A stretch of DNA of 54,982 nt, taken from the NCBI GenBank assembly GCA_024654025.1, contig JANLIR010000004.1, positions 1-54,982 on the forward strand, given 5' to 3'. The notes beneath the pieces were generated by a model that was not told where the DNA came from, searched no databases, and saw only the letters and a program-made list of their open reading frames with translations. Both the position numbers and the translations under genes were made by a program. This DNA is from Candidatus Wolfebacteria bacterium (GTDB lineage Bacteria; Patescibacteriota; Minisyncoccia; UBA6257; UBA9933). Position 1 is the stretch's first letter. Each line of letters opens with the position of its first letter. Shown piece after piece: positions 35,336 through 42,761 of this stretch.

Positions 35336-35938
35336 ATGACAACTTTTTTACTAATAGACGGAGAAAATTTTAAGGGCAAAATAAGGGATGTTTTCAAAGA
35401 AGTTGGTAAAAACAAACCGATATGGCATGAATATGATTTTAAAGGCCTTCTTGATAAAGTTTTACAAGGAATAGATATAGAAAAATCTATTTTTTATTTT
35501 GCAAAGATTAAAGAAGACCCACAAACAAGGGAAAAGTCAAAACGGCTCATTGAAGAACAACGTTTATTAAAAACGCATTTAGAAAAACAAGGATTTGAAG
35601 TCATATTAACCGGTCGAGTAAGAGGTCATATGGAAAATAACGGCTCATCGGAAAAATCCATTCTTGTTTTCAAAGAAAAAGGCGTTGATGTAAAAATTGC
35701 GGTTGATATGGTTAGTTGGTCTTGCGATAAAAAAAGCGATCAAATTATTTTAGGCAGCTCTGACTCTGATTTACAACCCGCAATAAAAGAAATAAGAAAA
35801 AGAGGAACTAATTGTATTTATTTAGGTTTTGAAACACAACCGAATAAGGGATTAACTTATACCACAAATCGCACGATTTTAATTCGTAATTCCGAAATAA
35901 TGGAATTTGAAAGCAGAATTAATAAGGACACTTCTTAG
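35336..35938 (+). CDS. NYN-domain (LabA/PIN-like) ribonuclease
   Basis: LLIDGENF, GVDVKIAVDMV and ILGSSDSDLQPAIKEIRKRG. TATAAT lies 6 nt upstream of the ATG. Confidence 0.7.
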   Translation: MTTFLLIDGENFKGKIRDVFKEVGKNKPIWHEYDFKGLLDKVLQGIDIEKSIFYFAKIKEDPQTREKSKRLIEEQRLLKTHLEKQGFEVILTGRVRGHMENNGSSEKSILVFKEKGVDVKIAVDMVSWSCDKKSDQIILGSSDSDLQPAIKEIRKRGTNCIYLGFETQPNKGLTYTTNRTILIRNSEIMEFESRINKDTS

Positions 35939-35980
35939 AGCGGGCCAGAGCGCGATTTTACAACAATACTGTGTGCCTCA

Positions 35981-36074
35981 CTGTGTTCTCCGGTCTAGAG
36001 CCCACCAGAGCAAGGCCGTTAAAGGGTTATTTGAGTTAATTTATTATATCAGATTGAAGAGTTTCGGTCAGGGG
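35981..36074. repeat. Island repeat copy C (full length, longest)
   Basis: It matches copy B over the left and centre parts and copy A over the right part. TGATATAAT is on the minus strand at 36043-36051. Confidence 0.85.
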
Positions 36075-36137
36075 TTAAATATTTAAAGTTCAGAACTTAA
36101 ACTCGCTTTATCCGACCAATATTGATAAAATTATTTT

Positions 36138-36989
36138 ATGGCAAGGCACAGGTACAAAGACGATAGGGATTCAATATGGGATATTGCGGCTTCTCTTATT
36201 GGCCTTTATTTTCTTTGGCTTGTATTTCTTTACATTACAGATCGTACCGCGTACTGGAGACAATTTTGGTACTTTGTAGTGTTTCTTGTTGTTGTCATCG
36301 CTGGGTCTTTCGCGTGGAAAGAATTCCGATACCGAAGGAAACAGAAAAAGTTAGATAACCTTATAAACTCTATCAAACAAAACGGCTTAGAAGACGATGT
36401 TAAAAACTTCATTAATCGCTTCGGGATGCATAAAGGGAAGGACGACTGGAAATATTTAGACCATAGCTTCGATTGGGAGCAGCTGAAAATTTTTAGAAAA
36501 GTGTTAAATGAAAAAGGAACGCAACTTTCTCTCGATAAATGGGACGATGTACTTTCCTTGCTTCGCAATTATATTCACGACACAGGAGAGAAAGTTATTC
36601 GCGATAGCATCAGCTTAAACCCGAAAAAGTTTACAGACCTTTCCGGCCCGGAGTTTGAGAATCTTCTTTACCGTTTATTTGAAGCGATGGGATATACCGT
36701 TCAGCCTACAGGTAAGACAGGAGATCAGGGTGGCGATTTAATCGCAAACTTAAACGGGCAAAGACTAGTAATCCAAGCAAAATGTTATAGCGGAACAGTC
36801 GGCAACAAGGCGGTTCAAGAAGCAATAGCTGCAAAAAGGATTTATGACTGTAATAGGATCGTGGTTGCGACTAATTCAAGTTTTACTAAAGAGGCTTTTG
36901 AGTTGGCGAGGGTATGGAATGTGGAGCTTGTCAGTGGCGAGAAGTTAAGTGAATGGTTATTACAATACCTTAAAGAAAGTTGGGGTTAG
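36138..36989 (+). CDS. Membrane-anchored Mrr-like restriction endonuclease domain protein
   Basis: Two N-terminal TM helices and a C-terminal Mrr_cat pattern FENLLYRLFEAMGY...GDQGGDLIA...VIQAKCY...VATNSSFTKEA. TGATAAAAT lies 6 nt upstream of the ATG. Confidence 0.7.
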   Translation: MARHRYKDDRDSIWDIAASLIGLYFLWLVFLYITDRTAYWRQFWYFVVFLVVVIAGSFAWKEFRYRRKQKKLDNLINSIKQNGLEDDVKNFINRFGMHKGKDDWKYLDHSFDWEQLKIFRKVLNEKGTQLSLDKWDDVLSLLRNYIHDTGEKVIRDSISLNPKKFTDLSGPEFENLLYRLFEAMGYTVQPTGKTGDQGGDLIANLNGQRLVIQAKCYSGTVGNKAVQEAIAAKRIYDCNRIVVATNSSFTKEAFELARVWNVELVSGEKLSEWLLQYLKESWG

Positions 36990-37013
36990 GGACCGCATGA
37001 TAAAAATCTAAGT

Positions 37014-37088
37014 GCTGTGTACCTCAGTCTAGAGCCTCCTAGAGTAAGACCGTTAGTAATTTATTTAAGTAATTTTATTTTATCATCT
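37014..37088. repeat. Island repeat copy D (diverged, with a short deletion)
   Basis: CTGTGTACCTCAGTCTAGAGCCTCCTAGAGTAAGACCGTTAG... is colinear with copies B and C. The hairpin reads TCTAG-n6-CTAGA. TGATAAAAT is on the minus strand at 37077-37085. Confidence 0.7.
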
Positions 37089-37109
37089 CAACGTGTTTCG
37101 AGCACAAAT

Positions 37110-37796
37110 TTACTTACCCCTTTCTTTATCTATTTCTGATTGAATCCATGCATCTCCGGCGGCCTCAATTTCTTCCGGGGTCGGTTCAGCGTCTTGCATT
37201 TCTTTTTCTTCAAATTGTCTTCTGCGCTCGTCCAATGTTTCGCCCTCATACATCCAATAATCAGTACCTGCAACTCCATAATCATAGCCAAGAATTTTTT
37301 GTGCTGACGTAGAAAGGCTAGTTTTTTCATCATCAAATTCAATGGCACGATCGTTAATAACCTTTGCCTTTTTACTTTCATCGCGACTAAAAGCCAGCTC
37401 TGCACCAATTGGTATATCTACCAGACTAAATTTAAAAACCGATCTTCTTGCTCGTGCTTGATGTAGTGCTTGCCGATCTTCTTTGTCATCTATAAATTCC
37501 TTTTTTGGGGTTATATTTTCTATTTCAGCTAATTTTAGAGCCGCCACAACTCTCTCCGGACCTATTTGAAAAAACTCTCTTCTTGGATTTATCCGACTAT
37601 CATCAAAAGCATCGTGTAGTTGGTTTTCAACAAATGCCGCATCTTTTACAGTGCAGGCATAAAAACACGTGAAAGGGAGGGGAATGTTTGTTGATGTGCT
37701 CAACTCTCTAATTCTTTGTTCTAAGCTAGTAGAAGTTTTACCGATTTTTACATAACCGGGCATCGCTTCGTTTATGAGAACATATATGATATTCAT
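37110..37796 (-). CDS. T5orf172 / GIY-YIG-like domain protein
   Basis: IYVLINEAMPGYVKIGKT...RIRELS...LHDAF...REFF is typical of the T5orf172 family. The C-terminal half is acidic. Confidence 0.65.
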   Translation of the reverse strand: MNIIYVLINEAMPGYVKIGKTSTSLEQRIRELSTSTNIPLPFTCFYACTVKDAAFVENQLHDAFDDSRINPRREFFQIGPERVVAALKLAEIENITPKKEFIDDKEDRQALHQARARRSVFKFSLVDIPIGAELAFSRDESKKAKVINDRAIEFDDEKTSLSTSAQKILGYDYGVAGTDYWMYEGETLDERRRQFEEKEMQDAEPTPEEIEAAGDAWIQSEIDKERGK

Positions 37797-37919
37797 AATT
37801 TTTGACGTTTCTACTGTCTAATAAAACGAATTAAATAATTTCTATTGAAGACCTACTTCTGCTTTGCTACTTCGAGGCACTTGATTTTGCGAACGCTATC
37901 GCGTGGCAAAATCTAAGAG

Positions 37920-37990
37920 CTGCGGGGCTAGGAATCGGACCTAGATTTAGAGGTTCAAAGCCTCTCGTGCTACCATTACACTACCCCGCA
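37920..37990 (-). tRNA. tRNA-Gln (anticodon UUG)
   Basis: Hand-folded cloverleaf: acceptor UGCGGGG/CCCCGCA, anticodon stem AGAGG/CCUCU, loop CUUUGAA, T arm CUAGG-UCCGAUU-CCUAG. No CCA is encoded. Confidence 0.8.
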
Positions 37991-38055
37991 ATAAACAAAA
38001 ATATTTTAGCATTCATCGCAAAAATTGCAATTTTATGGTATTTTTGTTTTAAATT

Positions 38056-38514
38056 ATGGAAAACAAACAAAAATTGTTTGATTATTTAAAGTCTCAAAAT
38101 TTGATGTTTTTGTCTACTTTTGGCAATGAAATTTCCAGTTGTCCCGTTTATTACGCGATAGACAAGGATTTTAACATTTATTTTATAAGCGAACCCGAAA
38201 GCAAGCATTGCCAAAATATAAAAATAAATAATCAAGTGGCTTGTTCAATCGCGGATTCTCGGCAAACCGTAAAAGATAAAAAGATAGGGGTTCAATTACG
38301 TGGAGAGGCTCAAGAAGTTTCCGGAAGCGATAAATTGGAAGCCGTATTAAATCTTTGGAATTCTACCAACCCGGGGATTGAGTCAATAATCAGTATTAAT
38401 AATTTCAAAAATAAAAGTATAAATTCAAAAGCATATAAAATAGTTCCGGAAGAAATAAAGTTTTTTAACGAAGAGCTTTACGGAGAAGAGGGTTTTAAAA
38501 TGCTTAAATTTTAA
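38056..38514 (+). CDS. Pyridoxamine 5'-phosphate oxidase-like FMN-binding split-barrel protein
   Basis: Size (152 aa) and the pattern LMFLSTFGNE...PVYYAIDKDFNIYFIS...VACSI suggest this family. The call is moderate. Confidence 0.45.
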   Translation: MENKQKLFDYLKSQNLMFLSTFGNEISSCPVYYAIDKDFNIYFISEPESKHCQNIKINNQVACSIADSRQTVKDKKIGVQLRGEAQEVSGSDKLEAVLNLWNSTNPGIESIISINNFKNKSINSKAYKIVPEEIKFFNEELYGEEGFKMLKF

Positions 38515-38552
38515 AAGTAATTTCGGCGGCCAAGCCAACAAACAACTGACCG

Positions 38553-39677
38553 CTATTTAAGATTTTCAATAATCGCCACTTCCATCGGAACAATCGCGAA
38601 CGGACTGTATCGCATCTGGGTATAAGCGTCAATTAAGGATTTTATCAGTTTTATTGTTTTTTCTTCGCTGATTTTTTTGCTATGGGCTTTTATTTGCTCC
38701 ATCTCTTTATCCGTGAAAATTTTAACAAATTCTTTTTCCAAATTCGGGCTGAATTTTAAAACCAGAACCCGGCGGAAATAATGTATCAAGTCTTTGTTAA
38801 ATTGGACTAAATTATACCCCTCGTCGTTGATTTTGGATAAATATTCCAGCGCTTTATCCAGCTCAGCTTCTATTAAATAGCCGGCCATTTCCGCGATTTT
38901 AGAAAATCCGGTTCTGCTCAAAGCGGTTTCCACGCTCTCGACTGAAATTTTACCGAATGGTGAGCTTGCCGAACCCATTGTAAGAGACGCGATTTGGTCT
39001 AAAAGCGATTCTGCGTCTCTAAAACTTCCTTCGCTGGAAGCGGCGATTAATTCTAAAGCGGATTCGTCAAATTCTATTTTTTCCGCGCTGCAAATATTTT
39101 TAAGTTTCTGGATTATTTGAGGAAGGGGAACTTTTTTGAAATTAAATCTTTGAGTGCGGGAAGAAATTGTTGACGGAACTTTTTCGTATTCGGTTGTCGC
39201 TAAAATAAAAATTGCATGCGCTGGCGGCTCTTCTAAAGTTTTTAAAAGCGCGTTGAACGCTGGAGGAGTGAGTTGGTGGACTTCGTCTATAATAAACACC
39301 TTATATTTGTATGTAGTTGGTGAAAGTCTTATGCCTTCTTTTAAGTCGCGGATTTCATCTATGCCGCGGTTGGAAGCGGCGTCTATTTCTATAACATCAA
39401 GCGCGATGCCCTTGTCTATTTCAACGCACGCCTGGCATTTGTTGCAGGGCTCGCCTTTTTTGAAAAACTCCGGATCACTCTGGCGGGTAATACAATTGGC
39501 GAGCTTGGCTATTAACCTGGCTGTGGTGGTTTTTCCTGAACCCCTTTGGCCGTAAAAAAGATAAGCGTGTGCCAGCCGGTTTTGTTTGGCGGCGTTTTTT
39601 AAAATCTCCACAATCGGCTCTTGGCCGAGCAGGTCATCTAAAGTTTTGGGGCGATATTTGCGGTAGAGGGCTAACAT
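38553..39677 (-). CDS. dnaX: DNA polymerase III gamma/tau subunit
   Basis: YRPKTLDDLLGQ, Walker A GQRGSGKTT, Zn module CNKCQAC, DEVH box and SRTQ. Confidence 0.92.
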   Translation of the reverse strand: MLALYRKYRPKTLDDLLGQEPIVEILKNAAKQNRLAHAYLFYGQRGSGKTTTARLIAKLANCITRQSDPEFFKKGEPCNKCQACVEIDKGIALDVIEIDAASNRGIDEIRDLKEGIRLSPTTYKYKVFIIDEVHQLTPPAFNALLKTLEEPPAHAIFILATTEYEKVPSTISSRTQRFNFKKVPLPQIIQKLKNICSAEKIEFDESALELIAASSEGSFRDAESLLDQIASLTMGSASSPFGKISVESVETALSRTGFSKIAEMAGYLIEAELDKALEYLSKINDEGYNLVQFNKDLIHYFRRVLVLKFSPNLEKEFVKIFTDKEMEQIKAHSKKISEEKTIKLIKSLIDAYTQMRYSPFAIVPMEVAIIENLK

Positions 39678-39794
39678 TTGATTAAGCCAATTTTATACTT
39701 TAAAAAAGATATTTTCAAATAAAAATTAAGAATATTCGCAGGCCACCATACTCGCAATTTATGCCATTAGCTCGTCATCGTTCTCATTGACTTT

Positions 39795-39820
39795 TTGTTA
39801 TTTAAGCGTGAAAATAACAA
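39795..39820. promoter_or_regulatory. Perfect 9-bp inverted repeat TTGTTATTT-n8-AAATAACAA
   Basis: Read directly in the dnaX / 39864 divergent intergenic region. It is a possible operator. Confidence 0.3.
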
Positions 39821-39863
39821 TAGTAATATATTTTAAGCTGATAAGCGGAAAGGAGAAGATGCG

Positions 39864-40190
39864 ATGGTTATAAACACCAGGCTTTCGTCAGAGGAAATGA
39901 AGAATGCTCTGTTTGAAATTAAACGTACCTCCATGCCTTTTGTTGGGATCGGCGGCTACATCGTCAGAGAATCACACAAAGACAGCGGTATTATTGCATT
40001 ATTCGAGCTGAAAGATCCGAAGCGCACTTTTACAACTTTCGTTGACGGCGGCAAGGTGTATATGAACAAATCCGCTTTTCCGATTATCACCGCGGCCATG
40101 CTCGCGCAGGGGATTTGCTTCAAGGTTGAAGAAGACAATATCCCGAATGATATAAGAGAAAGAATCAGAAGGCACCTGGAGGAAAACTGA
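39864..40190 (+). CDS. Hypothetical protein
   Basis: A 108-aa ORF preceded by AAAGGAGAAG, with no motif recognised. Confidence 0.45.
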   Translation: MVINTRLSSEEMKNALFEIKRTSMPFVGIGGYIVRESHKDSGIIALFELKDPKRTFTTFVDGGKVYMNKSAFPIITAAMLAQGICFKVEEDNIPNDIRERIRRHLEEN

Positions 40191-40238
40191 TTTTGTTTTC
40201 TTTCTGTCTTCTGCGCTGTTTTCTATTTGCCGCATCCC

Positions 40239-40265
40239 GGCCACCTGAACATTATTAGGGTGGCC
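40239..40265 (+). terminator. Hairpin GGCCACC-n13-GGTGGCC
   Basis: A 7-bp GC-rich stem downstream of 39864-40190, followed by a T-rich stretch. Confidence 0.5.
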
Positions 40266-40284
40266 ACATTTATTTTATTTTCTA

Positions 40285-40339
40285 TTGATACTTCGGCTCC
40301 GTTCAGTATCAACCCTGAGTTTTTCGAACGGGTTGACTT
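40285..40339 (+). promoter_or_regulatory. Nested inverted-repeat element, copy 1 (three arms TTGATAC / GTATCAACCC / GGGTTGAC)
   Basis: Nt 40302-40339 are 38/38 identical to 50122-50159. Arm 3 overlaps the -35 of the grpE promoter. Confidence 0.7.
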
Positions 40340-40360
40340 AATCTATTTGTTTTTTATAAT
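40333..40360 (+). promoter_or_regulatory. grpE promoter TTGACT-16-TATAAT
   Basis: A near-consensus promoter. The -10 ends 8 nt before the grpE ATG and there is no SD. Confidence 0.65.
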
Positions 40361-40368
40361 CTTACGAA

Positions 40369-40881
40369 ATGGCAGACGAACTAAACAATCAAAAAGAGGA
40401 AGAAACCAAGCCGGAGGAAATCCTTCGACAGGCTCAGGATGATAACGAATTCGCTAAATATAAAAAAGAGCGGGACGAATATCTTGATGGCTGGCAAAGA
40501 GCGAAGGCTGAATTTATTAATTATAAAAAAGACGAAGTAAAAAGATTTGAAACGCTGGCGAAATTCGCTAATGAATCAATCATCCGCGATTTGATAAATA
40601 TTTTAGACAGTTTTGATTTGGCAATCCCGGCTTTAGAAAGCAAAGGCAAAGTCGAAAAGGGGATCTATCTTATACGAGCCCAGTTGGAAGACGCGCTCAA
40701 AAATTACGGCCTTGAAAGAGTAATTGTTTCGGTTGGGAATTCTTTTGACCCGGCGATGCAGGAAGCGGTTGCGGTTGTTGAGTCGGATAAACCATCGGGC
40801 ACGGTCGTCGAAGAAATTGAAAGAGGATATATGTTAAACGGGAAACTAATAAGACCAGCGAGAGTAAAAGTCAGTAAATAA
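40369..40881 (+). CDS. grpE: Nucleotide exchange factor GrpE
   Basis: The coiled-coil N-terminus and the LLNILDSFD-type motif ([11 protein letters not shown]) are present, and the gene is upstream of dnaK. Confidence 0.9.
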   Translation: MADELNNQKEEETKPEEILRQAQDDNEFAKYKKERDEYLDGWQRAKAEFINYKKDEVKRFETLAKFANESIIRDLINILDSFDLAIPALESKGKVEKGIYLIRAQLEDALKNYGLERVIVSVGNSFDPAMQEAVAVVESDKPSGTVVEEIERGYMLNGKLIRPARVKVSK

Positions 40882-40898
40882 CTAATTTAAATTTTTTT

Positions 40899-42761
40899 AT
40901 GGCTAAAATTTTAGGAATTGATTTAGGTACAACTAACAGCGCGGTGGCGGTTATAGAAGGAGGAGAGCCGAAAATTCTGGAAAATCACGAAGGCGCTCGT
41001 ACAACTCCGTCAGTCGCGGCGTTAAGCAAGTCCAATGAACGCTTGGTAGGGCTTCTTGCTAAGCGCCAAGCTGTTGTGAATCCGAAAAACACAATTTTTT
41101 CGGTAAAAAGATTAATCGGCAGAAAATTTGGCGATTCATTAGTCCAACAAGACAAAACTTGGCTTCCTTTTGATATTCAGCAATCTTCAACCGGCGGGGT
41201 GGAAATAAAAATGTCCGCCACAGGCGGATCCGCCGTAGGAGGAGGAGACCGTTGGTATAAGCCCGAAGAAATTTCCGCTATGGTTTTAGGTAAGCTTAAA
41301 GCCGACGCCGAAGCCAAGCTTGGCGAAAAAATAACTGAAGCTGTTATAACAGTACCGGCTTATTTTGACGATTCACAAAGGCAGGCGACTAAAAACGCCG
41401 GAGAAATTGCGGGTCTTAACGTAAAAAGAATTATTAACGAGCCCACTGCCGCGGCGCTCGCTTACGGGCTAAATAAGCAAAAAAATGAAAAAATAGTTGT
41501 TTATGATTTTGGCGGCGGAACTTTTGATATTTCGGTTTTGGAAATCGGAGATGATGTTGTGGAAGTGAAAGCCACCGGAGGCGACACTCATTTGGGAGGT
41601 GATGATTTTGATAAAAAAATTATCGAGTATTTGGTTGATGAATATAAAAAACGAGAGGGCATTGATTTATCCAAAGACACACTGGCGATTCAGCGTCTCA
41701 AAGAAGCCGGAGAAAGGGCAAAGCACGAACTTTCCACCGCGGTTGAAACTGAAATCAACCTTCCTTATGTGACTTCCGACGCGGTCGGACCAAAACATTT
41801 TGTGATGAAAATGACTCGGGCAAAACTAGAAGAACTTGTTGGCGATTATATTCAAAAATCCATAGAGATTACGAAAAAAATTGTCAGCGAATCGGGATTA
41901 AAACTAACTGATATCAACGAAATTATTTTGGTCGGCGGCCAAACCAGAATGCCGGCAATTTCCGAAGCGGTTAAAAATCTTTTCGGAAAAGATCCTCATA
42001 AAGGAATAAATCCCGACGAAGTGGTGGCAATCGGCGCCGCGGTCCAAGCCGGAATTTTTCAGGGCGACGTTAAAGATGTTTTGCTTTTGGATATTATCCC
42101 TCTTTCTTTGGGAATCGAAACTTACGGCGGAGTTTTTACTCCATTAATAGAAAAAAATACAACTATTCCGACTGCTAAGGCACAAGTGTTTTCTACCGCC
42201 GCCGACAACCAGACATCGGTGGAGATTCATATTATTCAAGGCGAACGGCCAATGGCTTCTGACAATAAAACACTGGCGAGATTTATTTTGGACGGTATTC
42301 CGCCGTCTCCAAGAGGAGTTCCGCAGGTTGAAGTTACTTTTGATATTGATGCTAACGGTATTTTGAATGTGTCAGCCAAAGACAAAGCATCGGGCAAGAG
42401 CCAAGCGGTTAAAATAGAAGCGTCAACGCAGCTATCCAAAGGCGAAGTTGAAAAATTAAAAAACGAGGCGGTAATGCACGCTGAAGAAGATAAAAAGAAA
42501 AAAGATTTGATTGAAACCAAAAACCAAGCGGAGCAATTAATTTATGTATCTGAGAAATCGCTTCGCGACGCAGCCGGGAAAATCCCCGACGAGCTTAAAA
42601 ATTCTATAAACCAGAAAATTGATTCTCTAAAATCAATTAAAGACAGCGCTGATATTGAAGCGGTTAAGACCGCTACTAGCGATTTGTCCGCAGAGCTTCA
42701 AAAAATAGGACAGTCATTGTATAATAAAGACAATGATAATGGACAGGGGACTGCTGGGTAA
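40899..42761 (+). CDS. dnaK: Chaperone DnaK (Hsp70)
   Basis: [17 protein letters not shown] and VGGQTRMP. It contains a 10-aa insertion [10 protein letters not shown] (see findings). Confidence 0.97.
   Translation: MAKILGIDLGTTNSAVAVIEGGEPKILENHEGARTTPSVAALSKSNERLVGLLAKRQAVVNPKNTIFSVKRLIGRKFGDSLVQQDKTWLPFDIQQSSTGGVEIKMSATGGSAVGGGDRWYKPEEISAMVLGKLKADAEAKLGEKITEAVITVPAYFDDSQRQATKNAGEIAGLNVKRIINEPTAAALAYGLNKQKNEKIVVYDFGGGTFDISVLEIGDDVVEVKATGGDTHLGGDDFDKKIIEYLVDEYKKREGIDLSKDTLAIQRLKEAGERAKHELSTAVETEINLPYVTSDAVGPKHFVMKMTRAKLEELVGDYIQKSIEITKKIVSESGLKLTDINEIILVGGQTRMPAISEAVKNLFGKDPHKGINPDEVVAIGAAVQAGIFQGDVKDVLLLDIIPLSLGIETYGGVFTPLIEKNTTIPTAKAQVFSTAADNQTSVEIHIIQGERPMASDNKTLARFILDGIPPSPRGVPQVEVTFDIDANGILNVSAKDKASGKSQAVKIEASTQLSKGEVEKLKNEAVMHAEEDKKKKDLIETKNQAEQLIYVSEKSLRDAAGKIPDELKNSINQKIDSLKSIKDSADIEAVKTATSDLSAELQKIGQSLYNKDNDNGQGTAG

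Noticed and set aside
33840-37088. CRISPR array or integron cassette array as an explanation of the four island repeats
   Set aside because: The spacers are ~0.9-1.1 kb genes rather than 30-40 nt, and the repeats are 55-95 nt and diverged, so this is not CRISPR. For an integron there is no intI gene or attI, the cassettes have mixed orientation and their own promoters, and GTTAAAG/GTTAGTA do not satisfy the GTTRRRY core. No inverse core was found.
35019-37990. Island repeats as duplicated 3' fragments of tRNA-Gln (att sites of successive integrations)
   Set aside because: The best local resemblance is TCTAGACCGGA versus tRNA TCTAGGTCCGA, only about 8 of 11 positions. There is no extended colinearity with the tRNA 3' half and no integrase gene.
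40285-40339. CIRCE (HrcA) or HAIR (HspR) operator upstream of grpE
   Set aside because: The consensus sequences TTAGCACTC-n9-GAGTGCTAA and CTTGAGT-n7-ACTCAAG are not present. Only a partial CTGAGT resemblance exists, so the element is reported as a distinct candidate instead.
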